Part shown: positions 26,898 through 36,637 of the stretch, piece after piece | Layout: every line of letters begins with the position of its first letter | How positions within the stretch are numbered: the first letter of the stretch is position 1 | DNA from: a virus | Strand: one strand, 5' to 3' | Virus record (IMG/VR): IMGVR_UViG_3300022074_000012 | Location: 1-64,000 of that record | DNA length: 64,000 nucleotides | The notes under the pieces: model-generated | Database searches by the model: none | What the model was told of the DNA's origin: nothing | The model's input: only the letters and a program-made list of their open reading frames with translations | Position numbers and translations under genes: made by a program

Positions 26898-29777
26898 ATG
26901 GGAAGACCGTTTGTACCAAGTATCATTACATCTGATAAATCTGTTGGTGGAGCAACAATAGAAAAAAGTGTTTCATTAAATGATGGTGATGCTGTAAGAT
27001 TTCATAGAACAGGAACCGTTGGAGTAGATGGATGTAGAAGAATACATACCGTCAGTATGTGGTTGAAAAAAACTGTTAATGATAGTGAGAGACATTTTTT
27101 TTCAGCAAGAAATGCATCAAGCACTCCATATAATGATTTTAGATTTGAAAATAATAATAAATTAAACTGTTATTATTATAGTGGAAACTGGGGAAGTGGT
27201 TCTTGGAGATATCAGAATTCTGATGGGGAATATAGAGATTCAAATGGTTGGTATCATTTTGTACTTGCTTTTAATTCAACTCTTTCTACTGATACAGAAA
27301 GAGTTAAGATTTATCTAAATGGTCAACGAATCCCACACTCTGATTTTGGTACAGTGATTCATCCATCTCAAAACCATGAAAACTCCATATGTGGTAATGG
27401 TTATACTCACGCAATAGGTGGTTTAGGAAATGTTAGTTCACAAAACTGGGATGGTGGTTTTGCAGAGTGTATACTGGTTGATGGTGCTGAATTAGAACCA
27501 ACTGACTTTGCATTTACTGATGATTTAACAGGACACTGGAAACCTAAAAGGTTTGATCCAGTAAAATCTAATATTCCTAATAAAAAGGGTAGATTTTTTA
27601 GTAGTACTTGGACTGCATCGGGAAATGGATTTGGATCTGCACCTGTGACAAGAGCATATGATGCTCCAACTGGTAATCTTAATAGCGATTATGCAAATAA
27701 TGCTGCTGGAGGACAAATACTAACTTGGAATACTTCAACATATAATTTAAGTGGTTCTCTTAGAATATATGGATATAGTAGTAGTGGTTTGTATGATATT
27801 TACGTAAATGGACAAAAAGCAGCTGACACTCCTTCTTCTCACGGTTGGATTGAATGTGGAACTCATGGAAAAATAAATGAGATTCAATTTGCTGGAACAA
27901 GTTATAATACAAATAATGGATTAGGAGGTGCAGGTATATACTTCAATACTTTTGTAGTTGATGGAGTACGGTTGAGAGATAATACACATCCTTTTGGTCA
28001 AGAGGGTCATCACATTAATTTTTCAGATACCTCTGGATTAACAGCAACAACGATTGGAAGAGATCATTCTGGTAGTGGTAATAATTTTACACCTGCTAAT
28101 CTGCAATCTGGTATGATCAACGTCAAAGATTCTTGTTCAGGTTTTGCATATCCAGCTACTTCACCCATTTCTGCAAATTATGCTACATTTCTGGAAATGC
28201 ATCAAAATTCAGGTAATACTACTTTTGGTCATGGTCTTAGAAATGCAAATATTCCAGCATCAAATGCAACTGGAAAAGCATATGGTAATATACCAATGAA
28301 ATCTGGAAAATGGTATTTTGAAGTTTACTATGATCAAGCTGGTGGTAATGGTGCTTTTCTATATGTAGGTTTAGGTGATATGGCTAGTGGGGATAGTTTC
28401 GTTCGAGCTGTAAGAGGTCAAGATGGTGAAAAACTACCTGGTAATGCAGCAACTGAAGTTCGTTTTACAACTGGTGATTATATTAATGTTGCTGTTGATT
28501 TAGATCATGGTACATGGTTTATTGGTAGAAACGGTACTTATTGGTTTTCTGGTAATCCTGTGACTGGAGCAGGATATGTTCATAATGATTTATTGACAGG
28601 AGTATCGACTTATGGTGGATTAGTACCAAGATTTTCAAATGCAACAAGTAGTGCTGCTCAAAACTTCACAATTAATTTTGGACAAAAACCTTTCAATAAT
28701 ACAGTACCTGCAGGATATAAACTACTATCAACAAATGCAATTGATTCAACATCTATTAAACCAAAGAAACATTTTGAAACCTTACTTTATACAGGTAATG
28801 GTGGAACTCAATCAATAACTGGTTTAGAGTTTGAACCAGATTTTGTTTGGTTAAAAGTGAAAAGTCATGCTGGCGATAATCATCATCTTTATGATTCTAT
28901 AAGAGGAGCAGGAGAAACAATATTTTCTAATACAGATGGTGTTGAACAAACTGATACTGATAGACTTACATCACTTAATAGTAACGGTTTTACTTTAGGT
29001 AATAATTATAGAGTTAACGGAAGTGGTAGAACTTTCGTTGCTTGGTGTTGGAAAGCAGGTGGTGCAGCAGTCTCAAATACTGATGGAGATGTAACTTCTA
29101 CAGTATCTGTAAATGAAGAAGCTGGATTTTCAATTGTAAGTTTTACTGTTCCTGCTGGATCAGGATTTAGTATAGGACACGGATTGAGTAAAGCACCAGA
29201 AACTATTTGGATGAAAAATCGAGATCATGCGAATAATTGGGATATTTATCACCACAAAAATGGTACGAATCCAGAGCAATATCGTTTGATATTTAACAGT
29301 ACTTCTGCTAGACAAGATTACCCATATCTAGATGATACTGTTCCTAGTTCTACTGTGTTTAGAACAAGAGGTGGTGGTAACTGGTATAATACTGGTAATA
29401 AAATCATAGCTTATTGCTTCTACTCTGTACCAGGATTTTCTAAGATGGGATCCTACACAGGTAATGGTAGTAGTGATGGACCTGTTGTTTACACTGGGTT
29501 TAGACCTGCGATGATAATTATTAAACGCATTGATACAACTGAAGATTGGTGGATTCATGATTATAAAAGAAATCCAGATAATCCAATAAACGATAATCTT
29601 TATCCTAATGGATCAGAAGCTTCAGCAATAGAAACTGCCTCAGATTTTTTTTCAAATGGATTTAAATTAAAAACAAGTAATCAAAATTGGAATGATAGTG
29701 GTGATACTTATGTTTACTGGGCGTGGGCAAATACATCACAAACCTCACCATTTGGTGGACAATCGAGAGCTTATTAA
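26898..29777 (+). CDS. large fibre protein with LamG/ConA and SPRY-like domains
   Basis: WYHFVLAF...KIYLNG; SGKWYFEV; YTGNGG...FEPDFVWLK repeats. Confidence 0.75.
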   Translation: MGRPFVPSIITSDKSVGGATIEKSVSLNDGDAVRFHRTGTVGVDGCRRIHTVSMWLKKTVNDSERHFFSARNASSTPYNDFRFENNNKLNCYYYSGNWGSGSWRYQNSDGEYRDSNGWYHFVLAFNSTLSTDTERVKIYLNGQRIPHSDFGTVIHPSQNHENSICGNGYTHAIGGLGNVSSQNWDGGFAECILVDGAELEPTDFAFTDDLTGHWKPKRFDPVKSNIPNKKGRFFSSTWTASGNGFGSAPVTRAYDAPTGNLNSDYANNAAGGQILTWNTSTYNLSGSLRIYGYSSSGLYDIYVNGQKAADTPSSHGWIECGTHGKINEIQFAGTSYNTNNGLGGAGIYFNTFVVDGVRLRDNTHPFGQEGHHINFSDTSGLTATTIGRDHSGSGNNFTPANLQSGMINVKDSCSGFAYPATSPISANYATFLEMHQNSGNTTFGHGLRNANIPASNATGKAYGNIPMKSGKWYFEVYYDQAGGNGAFLYVGLGDMASGDSFVRAVRGQDGEKLPGNAATEVRFTTGDYINVAVDLDHGTWFIGRNGTYWFSGNPVTGAGYVHNDLLTGVSTYGGLVPRFSNATSSAAQNFTINFGQKPFNNTVPAGYKLLSTNAIDSTSIKPKKHFETLLYTGNGGTQSITGLEFEPDFVWLKVKSHAGDNHHLYDSIRGAGETIFSNTDGVEQTDTDRLTSLNSNGFTLGNNYRVNGSGRTFVAWCWKAGGAAVSNTDGDVTSTVSVNEEAGFSIVSFTVPAGSGFSIGHGLSKAPETIWMKNRDHANNWDIYHHKNGTNPEQYRLIFNSTSARQDYPYLDDTVPSSTVFRTRGGGNWYNTGNKIIAYCFYSVPGFSKMGSYTGNGSSDGPVVYTGFRPAMIIIKRIDTTEDWWIHDYKRNPDNPINDNLYPNGSEASAIETASDFFSNGFKLKTSNQNWNDSGDTYVYWAWANTSQTSPFGGQSRAY

Positions 29778-31663
29778 TGTCATTCACTAAAGTCGCACCA
29801 GCAGGAATAGGAACTTCACCAGGTAATTCAATACTGATTGGTGATTCTTTGCTGCATTCAACTGGTATTGATATTGGAAGTAATACTGGTATCGGTGTCA
29901 CAATCAGAAAACATGGTGATGCAACATTCACAGGAATCATAACTGCGTCTGCATTCTTTGGAGATGGTTCAGGTTTAGAAGGAGTATCAAGTTCAGGTAT
30001 TGGAACACCATTAAGTGATGATGATACAAGTGATTTAAATAAAGTTTACTATGTCAACCAAGAATTAAGTATTGGATCAACTGTTACTGTTAATCACCCA
30101 AGTTCGGCAGTTGCATCATATACACACTATCAAGATTTAGTTGTAACAGATGACGCAGATTTTATTGTGTCGGACGGAGATACTTTCATACCTGACGTTT
30201 TAGGTATTCGCACAAGCACTTCAACTGCAAGTGCTGCAACTGGTGGTCGTATTCGTGCAGGTACAATCACAAATGCAGGTGCAAACGGAGCAGTTAATTT
30301 TCCGAATGGGTTGGTTGGAACTTCTGCTACATTTACTGGTGTATTAACATATGAAGATGTAACAAACGTAGATTCAATCGGTGTTGTCACAGCAAGAGCA
30401 GGTGTAAATGTTGTAGGTAATGATTTAAACGTAGGGAGTAATATTAAATTAGGTAATGCGAGTGGTATTATAACAGCAACAAGTTTCCGTGGTGACGCAT
30501 CACAAATGACTGGTGCTGGATTAGGAACTGATGGAAGTGCAAACACATCTGGTATTATAACAGCAACTGCATTTGTACCAACAACAGGACAACTCTCTCA
30601 TCGCAACAAAGTCATCAACGGAGCCATGACTGTTAGCCAAAGGGGAAGCAGTTTTACTTCTGATGGATATACTTTAGATCGGTTTGAAAGACAACAAAGT
30701 AGTGATGGTGCTTTTACAATTACACCATCTACAACTTCCCCTGATGGTTTTGCTAAAAGTTTAAAAGTAGATGTAACAACTGCTGATACAAGTTTAGCTG
30801 CTGCTCAATATGCACAAATTAAGCATAAAATTGAAGCACAAGATTTACAAGATTTAGCATTTGGAACAAGTGCAGCCAAAAATATTGTTTTATCTTTCTA
30901 CGTTAGATCAAATAAAACTGGTAATTATGGTCTTTGGATTCAACAAAGTGATAACAGTTTTAAACAAGTAACTTTGCAATATACAATAAATTCTGCTGAT
31001 ACTTGGGAAAGAAAAACATTTTCGATTGCTGGGGATACTTCTGGAGTTATCAATGATGACAATGGAGATGGTTTTATTATTGCATGGGGTCTTGCTTCTG
31101 GTACAGATAAAACAAGTGGTTCATTAAGAAGTAGTTGGACTGCCCAAGCCGCAGCAGATCAATTTGCTGGACAAGGAGTAAATTTATTAGATTCAACTTC
31201 AAACGAGTGGTATTTAACAGGAGTTCAATTAGAAGTTGGTCCTGTAGCGACCCCGTTCGAGCACCGCAGTTTTGGAGATGAACTTGCACGTTGCCAACGC
31301 TATTATTATATGCATCATAACACTAGTAAGACTGGTACTGAAGGTAATTACAGAGTGTTATGTCTTGGATTTGCATCTGGCACAACCGAGGTTACTGGTC
31401 ATATTTTCTTTCCTGTTACAATGAGAGCTAATCCCTCAATAGATGCTAATTCTGGTGTTGTTGGTGGTATTGGATATTGGAGAATAGGAGGTGGTGTTCA
31501 CGGAGGTGACAAATACATAGATGGTGCTTGGGCTTTAGCTTCACCTACTACTCGGTCAACTCGTATATACGCAACACCTAGAGTCAGTCTCACTAATGGT
31601 GCAACTGGATACATAGATGGTAGAAATGATGCCTCATATATGGCATTTTCTGCAGAACTGTAG
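29777..31663 (+). CDS. modular tail fibre/receptor-binding protein
   Basis: modules shared with ORFs 25829, 26190 and 22979; ends FSAEL. Confidence 0.75.
   Translation: MSFTKVAPAGIGTSPGNSILIGDSLLHSTGIDIGSNTGIGVTIRKHGDATFTGIITASAFFGDGSGLEGVSSSGIGTPLSDDDTSDLNKVYYVNQELSIGSTVTVNHPSSAVASYTHYQDLVVTDDADFIVSDGDTFIPDVLGIRTSTSTASAATGGRIRAGTITNAGANGAVNFPNGLVGTSATFTGVLTYEDVTNVDSIGVVTARAGVNVVGNDLNVGSNIKLGNASGIITATSFRGDASQMTGAGLGTDGSANTSGIITATAFVPTTGQLSHRNKVINGAMTVSQRGSSFTSDGYTLDRFERQQSSDGAFTITPSTTSPDGFAKSLKVDVTTADTSLAAAQYAQIKHKIEAQDLQDLAFGTSAAKNIVLSFYVRSNKTGNYGLWIQQSDNSFKQVTLQYTINSADTWERKTFSIAGDTSGVINDDNGDGFIIAWGLASGTDKTSGSLRSSWTAQAAADQFAGQGVNLLDSTSNEWYLTGVQLEVGPVATPFEHRSFGDELARCQRYYYMHHNTSKTGTEGNYRVLCLGFASGTTEVTGHIFFPVTMRANPSIDANSGVVGGIGYWRIGGGVHGGDKYIDGAWALASPTTRSTRIYATPRVSLTNGATGYIDGRNDASYMAFSAEL
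31215..31296 (+). repeat. 82-nt direct repeat, copy 2
   Basis: first 55 nt differ at one position from 23871-23925. Confidence 0.9.
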
Positions 31664-31693
31664 GAGACACATAAATAATTAAAAATATAAAAA

Positions 31694-32713
31694 ATGTCGA
31701 GAATTAGAGCAAATACAATAACGAACCAGAATGCAAATGGTGCGCCTAATTTTCCTGATGGTTTAACTGTTACTGGTATAGTTACTGCAACAGTATCAAG
31801 TTCCACACTTGGTTCTCTCTCCGTGACTGGTAATGCAACAGTCGGAGGAAATCTTAGTATTGGTGGCACATTAACATATGAAGACGTAACAAATGTAGAT
31901 TCGATTGGTATAATTACAGCAAGAAGCAGTATTAATGTTAATGCTGCTAGTAGTGGTATAGGTGTAACAATAAATTCTGGTGGTATTAATGTTGCAGGTA
32001 TTGTAACTGCAACAAGTTATAGAGGTGATGGTTCACAATTATCAGGAATAAGTGTTGATCCATCAGCAGCTGCGAGTTCTTCTGGATTTTTAAAAGTTTT
32101 AAACGCATCAACTCCACAAATAAGATTAAATAATGATGCAAGTGATGGTGCCACTACAAGAGCATTTTTTGGGATTGCATCAGGTAGTAATAATTTCGTA
32201 AATGGTTCAACAGCAAATGACACAGTTTTAACTGCAAGAGCGGCTGGTGATTTATTAATTGGATGTGGTTCTACAGTAAGAATGAGAATAAGTGAAAATG
32301 GACATGTAACAAAACCAAATACTCCAATGTTTCAGGCTCGTCATTCTACTAATGGTGCTATAACTATTAACCAAGGAGTAATTCCTTTTGGTACTGTTAT
32401 AAACAATGTAGGAAGTCATTATAATAATAGTAACTACCGATTTACTGCACCTGTGGCTGGCATTTATTTATTTTATGTTGGTTGGTTTGTAATAAGTCAT
32501 AGTACTCATAGAGTATCCTTACGAGTTAACGGTGGAGATTTTTCAACCCCATATATTAATGGTTTTAACACTGGTCAAATTAGTGGTGTAGTGAATCCAG
32601 CGGGTTCTCATTTTTTATCTTTATCAGCAAATGATTATGTAGATTGTTATACAGATGGTGCGTTTACACCCTACGGAACTCATTTAGGATGGGGTGGTTG
32701 TTTATTACATTAA
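31694..32713 (+). CDS. tail fibre-like protein with C1q-like domain
   Basis: LTYEDVTNVDSIG; NVGSHYN...RFTAPVAGIYLF...LSANDYV. Confidence 0.75.
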   Translation: MSRIRANTITNQNANGAPNFPDGLTVTGIVTATVSSSTLGSLSVTGNATVGGNLSIGGTLTYEDVTNVDSIGIITARSSINVNAASSGIGVTINSGGINVAGIVTATSYRGDGSQLSGISVDPSAAASSSGFLKVLNASTPQIRLNNDASDGATTRAFFGIASGSNNFVNGSTANDTVLTARAAGDLLIGCGSTVRMRISENGHVTKPNTPMFQARHSTNGAITINQGVIPFGTVINNVGSHYNNSNYRFTAPVAGIYLFYVGWFVISHSTHRVSLRVNGGDFSTPYINGFNTGQISGVVNPAGSHFLSLSANDYVDCYTDGAFTPYGTHLGWGGCLLH

Positions 32714-32802
32714 GATAAAAACTTCCTAAATATAATTACCTACATCAGAACTTGCGTGGTATTTTAGCAAGGAGATAATAGGGGAAGAGTTTTTACACCA
32801 AG

Positions 32803-32955
32803 ATGGACGATATCCAAAAAGAACTTAAAGATGTGCAAAAGAAGATAGATGATATTGAAAAGAAACAAGAAATGTTAAAACGGATACAAGAATTAGACCG
32901 TTTACGTGAGGAAAAGCAAGCAAAACGACCAACTGGACATTCTTATGAAAAATGA
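32803..32955 (+). CDS. small coiled-coil protein (50 aa)
   Basis: MDDIQKELKDVQKK... Confidence 0.55.
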   Translation: MDDIQKELKDVQKKIDDIEKKQEMLKRIQELDRLREEKQAKRPTGHSYEK

Positions 32956-32983
32956 TATACTAGATAATAAAAAGAAATCCACC

Positions 32984-33370
32984 ATGATAAGGCAATTAAT
33001 TACTGAGTTTCCTTTGACTGATGTTCCTGTAGAAAGATCTGTCACTGAGGAAAAAATTCGCAAGTATACTTACTCGAAAGATGAAGTAGATGTGCTAATT
33101 GCTGCTGCAGTTAAAGAAGCAGTTGACGAAGCAGTCAAGATTGATGAAGCATCAATGGCAAAGCATAATCGTGATGCAACTGTCCTAAGTATGATTCTCG
33201 GATTCACTACACTCGCATTATTTGTTGACGGTTTGTTAAGAGTGTTGGGTATTATTCCACCATTTATGGATTTAGATGTTAATATATTAGAAAGGATTGT
33301 TGATCGTGTTGAAGTCGATGTGATTGATAAAATCAAACAAGTTCCTATACAAAAATTATTCCATCGATAA
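32984..33370 (+). CDS. conserved membrane protein
   Basis: KHNRDATVLSMILGF...DGLLRVLGIIPPF. Confidence 0.7.
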   Translation: MIRQLITEFPLTDVPVERSVTEEKIRKYTYSKDEVDVLIAAAVKEAVDEAVKIDEASMAKHNRDATVLSMILGFTTLALFVDGLLRVLGIIPPFMDLDVNILERIVDRVEVDVIDKIKQVPIQKLFHR

Positions 33371-33639
33371 TGAATGACGTTACAGTTTTAATATATTTGG
33401 CATGCTTCGTTGCATTATTCGGAGCAACCTTTGCTTTTATGTGGAGAATGATGGGATCTACATTATCAGAATTTAATAAGACACCAGTTAATTCTTATGG
33501 TGATGCAATGAAGGCATATAAAATTCCAGCACCACACCCAGAAATGGAGGGTATACAGTATGGTGAAGAGTTATTAGTTTTCAATCCAGAAGAAGAAGAT
33601 GATGATGACGATGATGGGGATATTGTAGTAAGAGCTTGA
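33370..33639 (+). CDS. cyanobacterial-type small membrane protein (DUF2973-like)
   Basis: TM helix then HPEM...GEELLV; acidic tail. Confidence 0.6.
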   Translation: MNDVTVLIYLACFVALFGATFAFMWRMMGSTLSEFNKTPVNSYGDAMKAYKIPAPHPEMEGIQYGEELLVFNPEEEDDDDDDGDIVVRA

Positions 33640-33664
33640 CAGAAAAACGATAAAAACTTATAAT
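33636..33664 (+). promoter_or_regulatory. sigma70-type early promoter
   Basis: TTGACA-17-TATAAT perfect. Confidence 0.8.
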
Positions 33665-33688
33665 ACAGAGGTAAACCGATATAGAGTA

Positions 33689-33898
33689 ATGACACTCACC
33701 TCTAAATTTAAAAAAGACATAAGCACTCTCCGTGCAGCAGCAAACAAAGAAATATTCTTGGATGTTAAATATCCAAAGTTATTTAAGAAAGTAAAAAGAT
33801 ATTACGAAGGATTACAATATATTGATTTAAAGGGTGAAGACCCTGACGCAGACTATAATGCTGTGATAGAATGTATTATAGAGGACTTAAACCAATGA
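33689..33898 (+). CDS. hypothetical protein
   Basis: 69-aa ORF after promoter. Confidence 0.7.
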   Translation: MTLTSKFKKDISTLRAAANKEIFLDVKYPKLFKKVKRYYEGLQYIDLKGEDPDADYNAVIECIIEDLNQ

Positions 33899-34122
33899 TT
33901 GAAGTACTAGTACAGAATGAACCATACAGGTATGTAAAAATGCCTAATCCACTAGAGAATGGTCAACCAGACTATCGTATTCAAAAGTGGAATAATCACA
34001 ATGGATATAAAGACATGTATCTCTGTGACAACTATATGCAGTTTCAAACTGCTATAGATGACTTTGAGTATACAAAATGGTTAGATCCTGCAGGAGTGCC
34101 TTGTTATGTGTGTGATAAATAA
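33895..34122 (+). CDS. hypothetical protein
   Basis: ATGA coupling; WLDPAGVPCY. Confidence 0.7.
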   Translation: MIEVLVQNEPYRYVKMPNPLENGQPDYRIQKWNNHNGYKDMYLCDNYMQFQTAIDDFEYTKWLDPAGVPCYVCDK

Positions 34123-34142
34123 ATCAGAGTTTATTAATAAAC

Positions 34143-34349
34143 ATGGCATATAAAAGCACAGGAACAGCAGGTAAGTCTGCAAGTGGAGCATCAATGTCTA
34201 AGTATGATGTTGAAGTAGAAGCAAGACTTCAAGCACTTGAAGCAGTTGTACATGATCATAGTGAAGGTACTTCTGATGCAACACTTGAAGATAAGGTTGC
34301 AAAAATTACAAAGTGGTTGGAAGATAACACATCTTACTACGGACATTAA
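34143..34349 (+). CDS. hypothetical protein
   Basis: 68-aa ORF. Confidence 0.65.
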   Translation: MAYKSTGTAGKSASGASMSKYDVEVEARLQALEAVVHDHSEGTSDATLEDKVAKITKWLEDNTSYYGH

Positions 34350-34364
34350 TTATAATCTTTTATA

Positions 34365-34715
34365 ATGAGAAAGTTTGAATTTAGACCTTGGGGTTGGTAC
34401 ATCACTCTTGATGAAGGGATTAACTACAAGGTTAAGAAGATACATTTAAATCCAAACACAAAATTATCACTTCAATACCATCACCATCGTGATGAACATT
34501 GGACAGTGGTGGAAGGTTCTGGTAAAGCGATCGTAAATAAAAACGTTTTTATTATGAATGATGGTGATGATATGTTTATTGCAAAAAAAGCAGTGCATCG
34601 AATGGAAGCAAGTCCAGATGGTGTAACTTTTGTAGAAGTGCAGAGAGGGAAGTGTGATGAGGAAGATATTGTAAGACTACAAGATGATTATGGTAGAGTT
34701 GACAAACAAGCTTAA
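34365..34715 (+). CDS. mannose-6-phosphate isomerase type II cupin (ManC C-terminal-like)
   Basis: RPWG...LSLQYHHHRDEHWTVV...EVQ.G...EDIVRLQDDYGR. Confidence 0.9.
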   Translation: MRKFEFRPWGWYITLDEGINYKVKKIHLNPNTKLSLQYHHHRDEHWTVVEGSGKAIVNKNVFIMNDGDDMFIAKKAVHRMEASPDGVTFVEVQRGKCDEEDIVRLQDDYGRVDKQA

Positions 34716-34732
34716 TTTTCTTATACTAAATA
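34699..34732 (+). promoter_or_regulatory. overlapping early and late-like promoter for glycan island
   Basis: TTGACA-17-TATACT overlapping CTAAATA. Confidence 0.7.
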
Positions 34733-34757
34733 TATTGATCGACTATTCCTATAGGAT

Positions 34758-35861
34758 ATGAGAGAGTACAAAAAAACCGCACTTGTTCTTGGTGCAGGTG
34801 GATTTATTGGCAGTCATATGGTAAAGAGACTGCGTAAAGAAGGATATTGGGTAAGAGGTGTAGACCTTAAATACCCTGAGTTTTCTAAGACAGAAGCAAA
34901 CGAATTTGTTTGTATGGATCTTAGAGATGTAGAAGTTGTCCGTAGAGTCATTCGTTTCGGAGGATATACTGGTAACTTTTATTCACAGATTGTAGATAAG
35001 TTCTTAGAACCATTTGATGAGATATATCAGTTTGCTGCTGATATGGGTGGTGCAGGATTTATATTTACAGGAGAAAATGATGCAGACATCATGCATAACT
35101 CTGCTTCAATTAATTTGAATCTGTTAGAAGAACAAAAGAAATGGAATAAAGATAAAAAAACAAATCATACAAAAATATTCTATAGTAGTTCTGCGTGTAT
35201 GTACCCAGAACACAACCAACTAGACCCTAACAATCCAGATTGTCGTGAAGAATCCGCTTACCCTGCTAACCCTGACTCCGAATATGGATGGGAAAAACTC
35301 TTCTCGGAAAGATTATATCTCACTTATAATCGTAACTATGATATACCTGTTTGTGTTGCTCGTTACCATAATATCTTCGGTCCAGAAGGAACATGGGATG
35401 GAGGCAGAGAAAAAGCTCCAGCAGCAATCTGTCGCAAAGTGGCTCAACTCTCGCCGCAAGGTGGAACCATCGAGGTGTGGGGAGATGGCTTACAAACTCG
35501 TTCCTTCCTGTTCATTGATGAATGCATCGAAGCAACTTGGAGACTAATGCAATCAGACTTTATGGGACCTGTGAATATAGGTTCTGAAGAGATGGTTACT
35601 ATTAATCAGTTGGTTGAAACAGCAGCAAAAGTTGCAAACAAGAAAGTTGAAAAGCAACACATACTCGATGCACCTCTTGGTGTTCGTGGACGTAACTCTA
35701 ACAATGATCTTGTGAGAGAAAAACTTGGTTGGGATTATTCTCAATCATTAGAAGAAGGAATACGCAAAACATATAATTGGATATGTTTGCAATTATATAG
35801 CACAACAGAAGAAAATGTGCTACAATCAGAAGAAGAACTTGAATTATTAGCCTCTGGATAA
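34758..35861 (+). CDS. GDP-mannose 3,5-epimerase-like SDR
   Basis: GAGGFIG, AADMGGAGFI, SSACMYP, YGWEK, GGREKAPAAICRK, GVRGRNS. Confidence 0.85.
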   Translation: MREYKKTALVLGAGGFIGSHMVKRLRKEGYWVRGVDLKYPEFSKTEANEFVCMDLRDVEVVRRVIRFGGYTGNFYSQIVDKFLEPFDEIYQFAADMGGAGFIFTGENDADIMHNSASINLNLLEEQKKWNKDKKTNHTKIFYSSSACMYPEHNQLDPNNPDCREESAYPANPDSEYGWEKLFSERLYLTYNRNYDIPVCVARYHNIFGPEGTWDGGREKAPAAICRKVAQLSPQGGTIEVWGDGLQTRSFLFIDECIEATWRLMQSDFMGPVNIGSEEMVTINQLVETAAKVANKKVEKQHILDAPLGVRGRNSNNDLVREKLGWDYSQSLEEGIRKTYNWICLQLYSTTEENVLQSEEELELLASG

Positions 35862-35863
35862 AA

Positions 35864-36637
35864 ATGATACGAATTGATAGTTATGAAGATCTAACAGAAA
35901 AGATTGTTAGATGGTTAAAAGATTACTACTATGAACATAGTATTGATGCATTTGTAATAGGAGTATCAGGTGGAATTGATTCTGCTGTAGTATCTTCTTT
36001 ATGTGCAAGAACAGGACTACCCACCTATGTTGTGTGTATGCCTCTTGATTCTAAATTTCAAAACTCAAAACTCTCTGATGTTCATTCAAAAACATTAGCA
36101 GAAAAGTATGATAATGTTAGAAGAATTGAAATAGAACTTTCGAGTGTATATGAAGGTTTCTTAAAGTCAGTTGAATGGTGGTCTGAAGCACAGCAATATC
36201 ATAAAAAAGAATTCACTGCAAGTCCACATGCAAATGCGAATACAAAATCACGTATTCGTATGGTAACACTGTATCAGATCGCAGGTTCAGTTGGTGGAAT
36301 TGTAGTTGGTACAGGTAACAAAGTGGAGGATTATGGAGTCGGTTTTTATACTAAGTATGGTGACGGTGGTGTTGATATCGCCCCTATTGCTGACCTTTAT
36401 AAATCGGAAGTCTGGGAATTAGGTGAATACCTTGAGGTAGATCAACGTATTGTTGATGCACAACCAACTGATGGACTTTGGGACGACTCAAGAACTGATG
36501 AAACACAACTTGGTGCATCATATCCAGAGTTAGAAGAAGCAATGGAAACAGGCACAGGACCTGGTGTTGAGGTTTTAAATAAATTCAATACATTAAACAA
36601 ACACAAAATGGAGCCAATACCTACATTTAAATTATGA
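35864..36637 (+). CDS. nadE: NH3-dependent NAD+ synthetase
   Basis: GVSGGIDS, NTKSRIRM, GTGNKVE, FYTKYGDG, PTDGLW. Confidence 0.9.
   Translation: MIRIDSYEDLTEKIVRWLKDYYYEHSIDAFVIGVSGGIDSAVVSSLCARTGLPTYVVCMPLDSKFQNSKLSDVHSKTLAEKYDNVRRIEIELSSVYEGFLKSVEWWSEAQQYHKKEFTASPHANANTKSRIRMVTLYQIAGSVGGIVVGTGNKVEDYGVGFYTKYGDGGVDIAPIADLYKSEVWELGEYLEVDQRIVDAQPTDGLWDDSRTDETQLGASYPELEEAMETGTGPGVEVLNKFNTLNKHKMEPIPTFKL

Noticed and set aside
23871-31296. Diversity-generating retroelement template/variable repeat pair
   Set aside because: Mismatches are not adenine-specific, both copies are coding, and no reverse transcriptase is in the window
33590-33616. GAA/GAT trinucleotide runs (also 54110-54132)
   Set aside because: Simply encode acidic tails; no evidence for phase variation
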